Shown piece after piece: positions 10,201 to 18,780 of a stretch of 60,346 nucleotides of DNA (position 1 is the first letter of the stretch; each line of letters starts with the position of its first letter). The stretch comes from a virus (Duplodnaviria > Caudoviricetes). The translations under genes and the position numbers were made by a program. The stretch is from the IMG/VR virus record IMGVR_UViG_3300032218_000496, positions 1 to 60,346 of that record; one strand, 5' to 3'. The notes under the pieces were generated by a model that was given only the letters and a program-made list of their open reading frames with translations, did no database searches and was not told the DNA's origin.

Positions 10201-10837
10201 CGCTTTAAATGCAAACACCACCGGCTCTAACCACACAACAGTAGGTTATCAGGCTGGGTATGCCATTACTACTGGTGCAAATAATACTTGTATTGGTACT
10301 TCTGCTGGCTATGGTACTCCAGTAGGAGGAACAGATTTAACAACTGGAAACTCCAACATTTATATTGGTGGATTTGCTTACCCGTCAGGAGGAAATAACT
10401 CATCAGAAATTGTTGTCGGATATAACTCTGCTAGTAAAGGTACTGGCACAGGATTTATTAACCCTGCTGGTGGTGGCGTATATCAAGGTAATAACTCATC
10501 AACTTGGTCACAAACTTCTGATGCAAGACTTAAAAAGAACATTGTAGATAACAACACAGGTTTAGATAAGATTACACAGATTCAAGTGCGTAACTTTGAA
10601 TATCGTCTACCTGAAGAAGTTACAGAATTACCAGCACATTCTGTTATTAAAAAAGAAGGTGTTCAACTTGGTGTTATTGCTCAAGAACTTCAACAAGTAT
10701 TACCTGAGTGTGTTAAGACTGAATCAACTGGTGTTATGACTGTAGACTCAGATAACTTAACTTGGTACATGATTAACGCAATAAAAGAATTAAAAGCAGA
10801 AGTAGATTCACTTAAACAACAACTCGCATCTAGATAG
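7262..10837 (+). CDS. tail fibre/spike with 14-aa beta-roll repeats and C-terminal intramolecular chaperone (peptidase S74-like)
   Basis: dozens of NTTG..NTAVG..AL repeats; SDARLKKNI autocleavage motif, GVIAQE and terminal coiled coil. Confidence 0.9.
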   Translation: MALVLKDRVLETCTSPGTGTITLLGAVTGYQAFSTVGNGNTCYYAIADQNGANWEVGIGTYSSGTLARTTVLSSSNAGSLTNFSTGSQNVFLTYPSERSVNLSSAALTSGRVAYATTDGLLTDSANLLYSGTDLTVYGVRVGRGAGAVSTNTAVGASALAANTTGFQNTAFGRLALTAVTSGSYNTGIGENSLGSNTSGTQNTGCGSRTLTEVISGSYNSALGYGALNLNTTGSQNTALGVQALTSNTTASNNTAVGYQAGYSNTTGTANAFFGVQAGSGNITGTSNAYFGHNAGVGTNANYNSAFGAFTLTNTSTGINNTAIGYASSNVITSGSYNTGVGAGTLQSNTTASNNTAVGYQAGYSNTTGASLVAVGYQAAYTNTTGAYNVALGTKALSSNTTASGNTAVGQEALFTNTTASNNTAVGYLAMYTNSTGANNAALGWQALAVNSTGSNNTALGYMALYLNTSASGNTAVGYQAGYNGTTGAYNTAVGFQAMDALTAGADFNVAVGASALGSTTSGDNNVAIGTEALYSNTTASNNTAVGFQAGYSNTTGGVTAFGYGALYSNTTGFANIAVGLNTLRLNTTGNYNIAIGQGANNTALASNTTGSSNVAIGGDSLSSNTTASNNTAVGYSSLYSNTTASYNTAIGYQALKANTTGENTAYGANALISNTTGTANTALGGTTSSIGASLASNTTGGSNVAVGVGALTNNTTASENTAVGFESLKTNTTGSALTAVGWASLRANTTGANNVAVGYAALYTNSTGGSNTALGFYAMISNTTGSNNVAVGFTALQNQTTSTSNVAVGYAAMLSCTSGGGNTAVGFQAAYSGTTGIDNVAVGLNALVTNTTGSYNVAIGRQALNGSTTASYNTAVGYQSLYSNTTGIYNTAIGYQSFASNSTGNYCTAGGYKALASSNADNNTAFGFQAGTGTTSGQQNVFIGGQCAVPNTTGSYNVAMGANSFATNTTGSNNSAFGYGALNANTTGSNHTTVGYQAGYAITTGANNTCIGTSAGYGTPVGGTDLTTGNSNIYIGGFAYPSGGNNSSEIVVGYNSASKGTGTGFINPAGGGVYQGNNSSTWSQTSDARLKKNIVDNNTGLDKITQIQVRNFEYRLPEEVTELPAHSVIKKEGVQLGVIAQELQQVLPECVKTESTGVMTVDSDNLTWYMINAIKELKAEVDSLKQQLASR

Positions 10838-10847
10838 GAGAATTAAA

Positions 10848-11165
10848 ATGGCAACAGTTTTTACAACACGCATCACAGCAATGTACACAGTACAACAGCC
10901 TGACCCCAACTATGTGATTAACGCACTATGGGAAGTAACAGGAGTAGACGGCACTTATACTGCATCTATTGGTGGCAACACACAGTTTGACTCTACAGAC
11001 CAGACTACATTTGTGCCTTACGCAAATCTAACTGAGGCGTTAGTTATTAGTTGGATTCCTGAGAACCAAATAGACAGCGCACAGTCTTGTGTACAAGGCC
11101 AGATTGACAGCCTAATTACACCACCTACAAGCCCTGAGAACACACCGCTACCTTGGAGCGCATAG
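10848..11165 (+). CDS. tail fibre-associated protein
   Basis: AGGAG RBS; FVPYANLTE..W and terminal PLPW; directly follows the fibre gene. Confidence 0.55.
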   Translation: MATVFTTRITAMYTVQQPDPNYVINALWEVTGVDGTYTASIGGNTQFDSTDQTTFVPYANLTEALVISWIPENQIDSAQSCVQGQIDSLITPPTSPENTPLPWSA

Positions 11166-11198
11166 ATTTTTTAACCGTAGTACAACTAGGAGAATAGA

Positions 11199-11417
11199 AT
11201 GGGCGAGAAAAAAACAACCCCAGTAACTATTGATGATGTAGATTACACCCTTGAAGACTTAACCGAGGAACAGCAAAAATTGTTTCAACATTGCATAGAC
11301 CTTGACCGTAAAATTGCTTCAGCTCAGTTTAACCTTGACCAGTTAAGCGTGGGTAAGAACGCCTTTTTTACTATGTTAAAACAGTCTTTAGAGGTAATCC
11401 CTGAAGTAACAAACTAA
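11199..11417 (+). CDS. small coiled-coil protein (possible fibre assembly chaperone)
   Basis: AGGAG RBS; heptad pattern. Confidence 0.55.
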   Translation: MGEKKTTPVTIDDVDYTLEDLTEEQQKLFQHCIDLDRKIASAQFNLDQLSVGKNAFFTMLKQSLEVIPEVTN

Positions 11418-11418
11418 T

Positions 11419-12420
11419 ATGTTTGGATTCACCTCTTTTGCTCAAGCACCATTTGCTGCATTAGGGGTGGGTTATGACTTAGCCTTATCCGAGAATGTAA
11501 CAATAGACAATGCGCAAACAATCACTGCGCAGTTCTTAGCCAGCTTTACCGACAATATAACCGTTGCTGACTCCAGCACACAGTCTTCTGCTTTCTTACA
11601 ATCCGTAACTGAAAACTTCAATTTAGCCGATTCGTTAATTGCAAGCCAAGGGTTCTACTTTACACAGACAGAACCAATTACCGTAGACAATGCACAGTCT
11701 ATCTTGGCGCAGTTTAACGTAAACATTACAGAAAATACTGTATTAAATGATATACAGACAATAGTAAATCAATTCTTTGCGAGCATAACCGAGAACTCAA
11801 ACCTTGCAGATGCTCCAACAATTACAGCTCAGTTCTTATCAAGTATCTCAGAGAACACAAACTTAGCAGACGCACCTACAATCTTAGCGCAGTTTTCATC
11901 GAGCTTAACAGAGAGCTTTAGTGTAGATAATGCTCAGTCTATTCTGGCTCAGTTTAGTGCAACGGTAACTGAGAATTTTACGGCTGAAGATGCGGCAACA
12001 TTAATCTCAACAATATTCTTTACCATTGTAGAAAACTCAAACCCTGCCTCAATTGAGTTAATAGCAGCACAATTCCAAAACGCCATCATTGAGGCGGTTA
12101 CTTTAGCCGATTCTAGTACCCAACAGTCCGCTTTCTTACAAACAATTACTGAAGGAATTGCACTTTTAGATTCCCAATTTCCCCGTGGTTGGTATACAAT
12201 TAACGATAATCAAGACGCTAATTGGGGATTTAGGTATCAGACATTAACTGACGTAGCCAATTTTGGCGGAATGCCGTTTGCATCTATACCATTTGCGGGA
12301 TATGTGTTAATTTCAGGTAATGTTCCAGTACCAATTGTGCCAGATACAAACGCTAATTGGACGCAGATTAATAACGGTCAAACGAGCAGTTGGGTAGAAA
12401 TAGATAATTTTCAAGGATAA
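11419..12420 (+). CDS. tail-associated protein with 11 tandem 20-aa repeats
   Basis: period visible in translation, e.g. ENSNLADAPTITAQFLSSIS / ENTNLADAPTILAQFSSSLT. Confidence 0.7.
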   Translation: MFGFTSFAQAPFAALGVGYDLALSENVTIDNAQTITAQFLASFTDNITVADSSTQSSAFLQSVTENFNLADSLIASQGFYFTQTEPITVDNAQSILAQFNVNITENTVLNDIQTIVNQFFASITENSNLADAPTITAQFLSSISENTNLADAPTILAQFSSSLTESFSVDNAQSILAQFSATVTENFTAEDAATLISTIFFTIVENSNPASIELIAAQFQNAIIEAVTLADSSTQQSAFLQTITEGIALLDSQFPRGWYTINDNQDANWGFRYQTLTDVANFGGMPFASIPFAGYVLISGNVPVPIVPDTNANWTQINNGQTSSWVEIDNFQG

Positions 12421-12423
12421 AAA

Positions 12424-14412
12424 ATGTCATCTACATATTCAGCATTAAAAATAGAACTAATAGGCACGGGTGAGCAGTCCGGTACATGGGGCGCAACTAC
12501 CAACGTAAACCTTGGCGATAATGCTTTAGGTGAGGCAATAACAGGTTCAGCAACCGTAGACTTTTCCAGTGCGGCAGACGTTACAATCAGTTTAATTGAT
12601 ACAAATACAAGCCAAGTAGCCCGTAATTTAAGACTAAACATTACTGAATCTGGCGCTGGTATAGGGTACACAGGTAACTTAATCCTTGGTTCTAACTGTC
12701 AAATTGAGAAGTTATACCTAGTTAATAATGGGACTACCGCCACTAAAACAATTAAAAATACCACAGGTACAGGCATAGCCATCCCTGCTGGTAAGTCGAT
12801 GTTTGTGTTTAATAATGCGGTAAACGTAGTTGAAGCTGTTAATTCTGCTATATCAATGGCAGTAACAGGAGCTGTATCAGGCTCACAAATAACATCTACA
12901 GTAGCTACAGGCACAGCACCGCTAGTGGTGGCAAGTACAACTCCCGTTTCTAACTTGAGTATTCTTGGAAATGCTACAAATATAACCGGAACCTTAGCCG
13001 TAGCACAGGGTGGTACAGGAGCAATAGCCACAACAGGAAGTGGACTTAACGTATTGGGGACTTCTCCTACTTTAATTACCCCCCTTCTTGGAACACCTAC
13101 ATCTGGAAACTTGGCAAATTGTACTGGCTATCCAGCTGGTTCAATAACAGGCACAGTTAATCTAGCTACTCAAGTAACGGGAACTTTAGCCGTTACTAAC
13201 GGTGGTACAGGTGTTACTACATCTACAGGTTCAGGTAATGTGGTTCTTAGCACTTCGCCAACTTTAGTTACCCCTATTCTTGGAATACCTCAGTCTGGCA
13301 CATTAACTAATGCTACGGGTTTACCCTTAACTACTGGAGTTATTGGAACTTTAGCTGTAACAAATGGCGGTACTGGAGTAACTACATCTACAGGCTCTGG
13401 TTCGGTAGTTTTGAGTACTTCACCAACTTTAGTAACTCCACTTTTAGGAACGCCTACTTCTGGCAACTTAGCTAACTGTACGTTCCCAACGCTTAATCAA
13501 AATACCACAGGTAATGCGGCTACTGCTACAAACCCAGCATCGGGCGGTACATTTATTACAAGTTCTAATATTGCCTCACAGTCTGTTAGTTTTGCTACTA
13601 CTGCATCTTCAGCCACAAACGCAACAAACGCAACAAACGCAACAACTGCGGCAACGGTTTCTACTACTATAGCAAGTGGAGCTACGGGAACAACACAGTC
13701 AGCTGGCACAAATAACACAACTATAGCAACTACGGCATTTGTACAGGCGGCAATAACAGGTACTGGCTATGGCACAATGGCATCCCAAAATGCTAACAGT
13801 GTAGCTATTACAGGCGGAACAATAAACGGTGTTAGTGGAACAAATGCAAGTATGACTGTAGGTAATGCTACAAACGCAACAAATGCCACAAACTTATCGG
13901 GCGGTACAGTAAGTGCAACTACTATAGGTGGCACAACGATAACTGCTTCTACACAATTTTCAGGTCCGGGTACAGGGCTTACAGGAACAGCTTCATCACT
14001 TACAGCTGGAGCGGCAAACTCAGTAGCTTACTCCAATGTTTCAGGTAAGCCTGATACGGGGCTTTATTTAGTATGGAGCGGTGTAGTTAGTGGTGGTAGT
14101 GGAAACGGCGGGACATATAATCATTATTGGACTATCTTATATGGTGGTGGAGCAACTGCAAGAGAAATGCCAAGCCCAGATAGTTTTATGGTTGTAACTG
14201 CTTTAAATGATTACTACACAACTAACTTTGCTGGCGGATATGCTACTTATACAATTAGTAAAGCAGTTTATGTAGCTAATCCGACTGTAGCTGGTAATTC
14301 ACAGTTTGGAGTTACCATAAATTTTTCAGGTTATCCAACGCCAAACCAAATAAACATGAGTATTTATGTTCAGTCTGCTACTGCGGTAACAAGCTTAACA
14401 TTTATTTCATAA
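12424..14412 (+). CDS. tail fibre protein
   Basis: GEQSGTWG..TN N-terminus; three GTLAV..GGTG...SPTL.TP.LG.P.SG repeats; ATN repeats; divergent C-terminal domain. Confidence 0.8.
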   Translation: MSSTYSALKIELIGTGEQSGTWGATTNVNLGDNALGEAITGSATVDFSSAADVTISLIDTNTSQVARNLRLNITESGAGIGYTGNLILGSNCQIEKLYLVNNGTTATKTIKNTTGTGIAIPAGKSMFVFNNAVNVVEAVNSAISMAVTGAVSGSQITSTVATGTAPLVVASTTPVSNLSILGNATNITGTLAVAQGGTGAIATTGSGLNVLGTSPTLITPLLGTPTSGNLANCTGYPAGSITGTVNLATQVTGTLAVTNGGTGVTTSTGSGNVVLSTSPTLVTPILGIPQSGTLTNATGLPLTTGVIGTLAVTNGGTGVTTSTGSGSVVLSTSPTLVTPLLGTPTSGNLANCTFPTLNQNTTGNAATATNPASGGTFITSSNIASQSVSFATTASSATNATNATNATTAATVSTTIASGATGTTQSAGTNNTTIATTAFVQAAITGTGYGTMASQNANSVAITGGTINGVSGTNASMTVGNATNATNATNLSGGTVSATTIGGTTITASTQFSGPGTGLTGTASSLTAGAANSVAYSNVSGKPDTGLYLVWSGVVSGGSGNGGTYNHYWTILYGGGATAREMPSPDSFMVVTALNDYYTTNFAGGYATYTISKAVYVANPTVAGNSQFGVTINFSGYPTPNQINMSIYVQSATAVTSLTFIS

Positions 14413-14421
14413 GGAGAATAT

Positions 14422-14547
14422 ATGTATTCAAACTATTCAAATGGTGTATTAAAAGGAACATACAATACTTTAGAAGAGGCAAAGTCCGCTATGGAATTAT
14501 TAGTTGCACAAAAACTTCCTGATTTAGTATTAAGGGTTCCTGATTAA
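14422..14547 (+). CDS. 41-aa hypothetical protein (not in ORF track)
   Basis: AAGGAG RBS; translated by hand as MYSNYSNGVLKGTYNTLEEAKSAMELLVAQKLPDLVLRVPD. Confidence 0.55.
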   Translation: MYSNYSNGVLKGTYNTLEEAKSAMELLVAQKLPDLVLRVPD

Positions 14548-14694
14548 ATGGATACGGTAGACATACTAGCAAAAATATGGCCCCTGCTTGTGGGGTTTGT
14601 TACGCTTGTTATTGTGCTTGCCAAAATGGATAATAAAGTGTCAGTCCTTGAAGAAAAAGTTAAGACATTGTTTGAACTTTGGAATAAAAAATGA
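14548..14694 (+). CDS. 48-aa single-TM protein in lysis cassette (not in ORF track)
   Basis: MDTVDILAKIWPLLVGFVTLVIVLAKMDNKVSVLEEKVKTLFELWNKK; abuts upstream stop; ATGA overlap downstream. Confidence 0.7.
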   Translation: MDTVDILAKIWPLLVGFVTLVIVLAKMDNKVSVLEEKVKTLFELWNKK

Positions 14695-14960
14695 ACATTC
14701 AAGACATCCTAAAAGCGGTACTGCCTATTGTTGTAGCGTGTTTGGCTTGGTTACTTGGTCAAGTGTCTGACTTTTCTACACGGCTTACTAAGATTGAAGG
14801 GCAGATGCCAGCCTTAATCACCAAAGAAAATGTGCCGACTGACTCGCCTTTATCTGCCGAAGCAAGGCATCGTATGAGGGATGAAATTTATAAAGACATA
14901 CACCAACTTCAAGTTAAAGTACAACTGCTTGAAGAACGTGAAAAGATGGGGAAAAAATAA
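14691..14960 (+). CDS. membrane-anchored coiled-coil protein (lysis cassette)
   Basis: N-terminal TM segment; coupled at both ends. Confidence 0.6.
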   Translation: MNIQDILKAVLPIVVACLAWLLGQVSDFSTRLTKIEGQMPALITKENVPTDSPLSAEARHRMRDEIYKDIHQLQVKVQLLEEREKMGKK

Positions 14961-15355
14961 TGTTTGGAATAGATGATATTTTAAGCGTAGGCATGAAACT
15001 TGTGGATAAGTTTGTGCCAGACCCACAGGCTAAACAAGAAGCCCAACTCAAGCTATTAGAGATGCAGAAGAACGGTGAGTTGGCTAAATTACAAGCAGAC
15101 ATGAACGAGCAGCAAGAATTGACTAAGCGGGTTCAAGCCGACATGATGTCAGACTCTTGGTTATCTAAGAACATTCGCCCAATGACGTTAATATTTATCT
15201 TGGTTACATACACTACTTTTGGTATGATGTCCGCATGGGATATTGAGGTAAACAACAACTATGTTGAGCTGCTAGGGCAGTGGGGTATGCTCATAATGTC
15301 CTTTTACTTTGGTGGTAGAACCCTAGAAAAAGTTATGGAGATGAAGAAAAAATGA
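14960..15355 (+). CDS. holin (GTA 3TM holin-like)
   Basis: DKFVPDP, SWLSKNIRP, YFGGRTLEK motifs; hydrophobic helices; precedes endolysin. Confidence 0.8.
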   Translation: MFGIDDILSVGMKLVDKFVPDPQAKQEAQLKLLEMQKNGELAKLQADMNEQQELTKRVQADMMSDSWLSKNIRPMTLIFILVTYTTFGMMSAWDIEVNNNYVELLGQWGMLIMSFYFGGRTLEKVMEMKKK

Positions 15356-15798
15356 ACCTAACGGAGCACTTTACACTTGAAGAACTTACGCACACAGACC
15401 ATCGTACATTGGATAATAGCCCTAATGATAGTGAGACTGCGAACCTCCAACGTCTTGCAGAGTTTCTGGAACAAGTTAAAACACTACTGGGAAACAAGCC
15501 CATTATGGTTAATAGTGCTTTCCGCTCTAAATTGGTTAATGATGCTGTTGGTTCTAAAGATTCTAGTCAGCATAGGGTTGGTTGTGCTGCCGACATAAGA
15601 GTTCCAGGCGTGACTCCTGATGAAGTGGTTAAAGCGATAATCGCTTCTAATTTACCCTATGACCAAGTAATACGTGAATTTGATAGGTGGACACATATAA
15701 GTATACCTAACTCGATTCATAACGCACCCCGTAAACAAGCCTTAATTATTGATAAGCAAGGGACACGGTTGTATGGCGCTGCAAAAGCTACAGTTTAA
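15352..15798 (+). CDS. endolysin, peptidase M15A family
   Basis: HFTLEE start; SAFRS, SQH..G.AADI and WTHIS zinc-peptidase motifs. Confidence 0.88.
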   Translation: MNLTEHFTLEELTHTDHRTLDNSPNDSETANLQRLAEFLEQVKTLLGNKPIMVNSAFRSKLVNDAVGSKDSSQHRVGCAADIRVPGVTPDEVVKAIIASNLPYDQVIREFDRWTHISIPNSIHNAPRKQALIIDKQGTRLYGAAKATV

Positions 15799-17653
15799 AC
15801 CCGGAGTTAATCGGGACCAAACCAACTATACCAACGAAGGTGGGTGGTATGAGTGTGACAAAATTCGCTTTCGTTCTGGACAACCACAAAAAATAGGCGG
15901 GTGGTTAAAAGCTACGGCTACAGTATTAATAGGAACATGTAGACAAATGTTTACATGGATAACGTCATTTGGTGATAACTTTATGGCAGTAGGAACCAAT
16001 AAGAAACTTTATATTGATGCTGGTGCTAACCTGTATGACATTACTCCTTTACAGAATACGTCTACTAATCTAGGCGCAGCTGCTGGTCCTTTTACAGCCA
16101 ATACAGGTTCAGCAACAATTACAGTATCTTATGCTACAGACCCAACATTTCTACCAACTGTTGGTAATTACGTTACTTTTTCTGGGGCGGTTGGGCTTGG
16201 TGGGAATATTACCGCAACAGTACTTAATGCTTATTATGGATATGAGATAAAAACAGTTAATGCTGGAGCGCAGACATATACCTTTACAGCTACGGCTGTT
16301 GCAAATTCTAGTGATACTCTAAAAGGTGGAGCTACAGTAATTGCAAAATATGACATTAATTCTGGCCCACTAATCAGCGTTACAGGTTATGGCTGGGGGG
16401 CAAGCGTATGGGGTCGTGGAACTTGGGGTTCTGGGGCTATTACACCTATAACCGTATACCAACAAGATTGGTTTTTTGACAATTTTGACAATGACTTAGT
16501 GGCTAATATACGGAATGGGACTCCATATTATTGGGCTAATGATGCTACATTTACTACTAGAGCGGTGCGTTTATCCTCTATAGCTGGAGCGTCTAATGTA
16601 CCTGCAAAAGTTGGGCAGTTGTTAGTATCGCAAGGAGATAAACATTTACTTGCATTTGGGGCTACGGCATTTGGAGGTTCAATATTTGACCCTTTATTAA
16701 TACGTTGGTCTAATCAAGATGAACCTGCAAACTTTACTCCGGAACAAACTAACTCAGCAGGGTTTATTAGGGTGTCAAGGGGCGATGCAATTATTAGAGC
16801 TATTCCAACCCGTCAAGAGATACTAGTTTATACAAATGCTACACTTAACTCACTTCAATTTTTAGGAACTACAGACGTATTTGGTATTCAAGAGTTGTCA
16901 GATAATATTTCAATAGCCGGACCACGAGCTGTAGTAACTGTTAGCAGTAACGCATTTTGGATGGGTACAGATAAATTTTATGTTTACTCAGGTCGTGTAG
17001 ATACTTTGCCCTGCACTTTGCGTAATCATGTATTTGAAAATTTAAATTACAACCAATTAGAACAAGTAGTTAGCGGAACAAATGAGCAGTGGAATGAGGT
17101 ATGGTGGTGTTATCCAACAGCTACTAGTGATTACAATGACGCTTATGTAATATACAATCATTTTGATAGAATTTGGTATTACGGATCTATTATTAGAACA
17201 GCATGGAATGACAGTCCTTTACGACAACATCCACAAGCTGTTGGCGGATTGGATGGCAATCAATATATATACAATCAAGAAGTTGGCGTAGATGATGATG
17301 TATTGCCTATGGCATCTTATATTACATCCTCTGATTTTGATATTGTAGATGGTGAAGAGTTCTTGTTAATTAAGAGGATTATTCCGGACATATCATTTGA
17401 TGGCTCTAATGCTGCAACTAATCCTAATCCGTCCGTCTTGATGACTATGAAACCTAGAAATTTTCCGGGCGCAGACTACTCAACGTCACCAGCTAGGAAT
17501 GTTATAGAAACTACAGTAGATACCTACACCAACCAGATATTCCTACGGGCTAGAGCTAGACAGATGGGATTTAAAATATCATCCGCTGATATAGGTGTGC
17601 AATGGCAATTAGGTAGCCCACGGTTAGATGGTAAACAAGATGGTAAACGATAA
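15773..17653 (+). CDS. tail tubular B / P22 gp10-like stabilisation (nozzle) protein
   Basis: beta-propeller-like content (IRWS, FWMG, EVWW.YP); size; position before ejection genes. Confidence 0.6.
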   Translation: MALQKLQFKPGVNRDQTNYTNEGGWYECDKIRFRSGQPQKIGGWLKATATVLIGTCRQMFTWITSFGDNFMAVGTNKKLYIDAGANLYDITPLQNTSTNLGAAAGPFTANTGSATITVSYATDPTFLPTVGNYVTFSGAVGLGGNITATVLNAYYGYEIKTVNAGAQTYTFTATAVANSSDTLKGGATVIAKYDINSGPLISVTGYGWGASVWGRGTWGSGAITPITVYQQDWFFDNFDNDLVANIRNGTPYYWANDATFTTRAVRLSSIAGASNVPAKVGQLLVSQGDKHLLAFGATAFGGSIFDPLLIRWSNQDEPANFTPEQTNSAGFIRVSRGDAIIRAIPTRQEILVYTNATLNSLQFLGTTDVFGIQELSDNISIAGPRAVVTVSSNAFWMGTDKFYVYSGRVDTLPCTLRNHVFENLNYNQLEQVVSGTNEQWNEVWWCYPTATSDYNDAYVIYNHFDRIWYYGSIIRTAWNDSPLRQHPQAVGGLDGNQYIYNQEVGVDDDVLPMASYITSSDFDIVDGEEFLLIKRIIPDISFDGSNAATNPNPSVLMTMKPRNFPGADYSTSPARNVIETTVDTYTNQIFLRARARQMGFKISSADIGVQWQLGSPRLDGKQDGKR

Positions 17654-17835
17654 TGGCAGATTATAAAGTCCGTTCTCCCGCATTACCAATCCAGCCTGAT
17701 GAGTATAGCCGTAGTCAGATTGATCAATTCCAAAACGTATTGCGGCTATACTTTAACCGTTTAGATCAGTATAATATTCAAGCATCTACTGAACAAAACT
17801 CACAAAATGTTCTAATTTGGTTAGGAAGTAATTAA
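17653..17835 (+). CDS. small tail-associated protein
   Basis: TAATG coupling at both ends. Confidence 0.6.
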   Translation: MADYKVRSPALPIQPDEYSRSQIDQFQNVLRLYFNRLDQYNIQASTEQNSQNVLIWLGSN

Positions 17836-18377
17836 TGGCTTTTTATAATATAACTCCAGCACAATTAGCTCAAGCTGCAGTAGGCACAGCATATTCTGTA
17901 ATTTACACAGTGCCAACAAATACCCGCACTTTAGTTAAAGATATTGTAGTTGTAAACACTACAAATGCAGCTATTGATATTTATATACATTTAGTTCCTG
18001 CGTCATCTGGGGTTGGTACAGGAACAATTGCTGGTACAACCATGACACTTACTGCCATAACTTCTGGTAGGTTTGAAATTAACCAGACTATTAGTGGTTC
18101 TGGGGTAACATCTGCGGTAATATCAGACCCGCAAACTGGCATAGGTGGGGTAGGAACATACCAAGTAAGTGTATCTCAAACGGTTGCTACACCCGTAACT
18201 ATTACAGCAACGGCTACAGTAGACACATCAAATGCTATTTACTACAAATATACTTTAGATAAAAATATAAGTCTCCACTGGGTAGGAACACAGATTATGA
18301 GTGATTCTGGGACTATTCAAGTAAAGGCTTCTGCTACTGGATGCGCTATCAGTATTAGTGGCGGAGAAGCAGTATAA
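17835..18377 (+). CDS. virion structural protein with inserted beta domain
   Basis: IYTVP...ISGGE ends; Thr/Gly-rich insert. Confidence 0.55.
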   Translation: MAFYNITPAQLAQAAVGTAYSVIYTVPTNTRTLVKDIVVVNTTNAAIDIYIHLVPASSGVGTGTIAGTTMTLTAITSGRFEINQTISGSGVTSAVISDPQTGIGGVGTYQVSVSQTVATPVTITATATVDTSNAIYYKYTLDKNISLHWVGTQIMSDSGTIQVKASATGCAISISGGEAV

Positions 18378-18407
18378 CATGATAAACTTACTAAAAAGTG
18401 ATCAACC

Positions 18408-18770
18408 ATGAAACCTACAGAAATTATTAGCGCTAATCTCCAAAAAAATGGAAAAGACCCAAGTAGTGCTATACGGGCTATAGGTACTGCCGTTAAAGCT
18501 AAAAGGGCGTTGATATTGCAGGAAAATGATACGATTCTGGTTATAATGTCTATAGGGAACAAAGAGTCAGAAGTGCATTTATTTACAGTAGATAGCCCTA
18601 TTAAAGTTGGAAGAGCATTAGTAAAGTTTCTTGAAAAGTTAAATAAGTCAGATATTAACACGCTTTATATAACAGATATTCCAGAACAAACATTAAACAT
18701 GCTTAAAACTATAGGCATGGTAATAGAACCGAGCGACAAGCCTAATTATAAATGGATGTCAAAGGTATAA
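18408..18770 (+). CDS. hypothetical protein
   Basis: clean ORF filling the gap before the ejection genes. Confidence 0.6.
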   Translation: MKPTEIISANLQKNGKDPSSAIRAIGTAVKAKRALILQENDTILVIMSIGNKESEVHLFTVDSPIKVGRALVKFLEKLNKSDINTLYITDIPEQTLNMLKTIGMVIEPSDKPNYKWMSKV

Positions 18771-18780
18771 AGGATAAATC

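Noticed and set aside
7262-10837. Diversity-generating retroelement acting on the Asn-rich fibre
   Set aside because: No reverse transcriptase and no template/variable repeat pair with adenine-only differences seen
13612-13647. GCAACAAAC tandem repeat as a phase-variation tract
   Set aside because: In-frame 9-mer coding ATN repeats, common in fibres; cannot shift the frame
14691-14960. Lipoprotein spanin (VVAC lipobox)
   Set aside because: Hydrophobic residues continue past the Cys, fitting a plain TM helix; unresolved without SignalP
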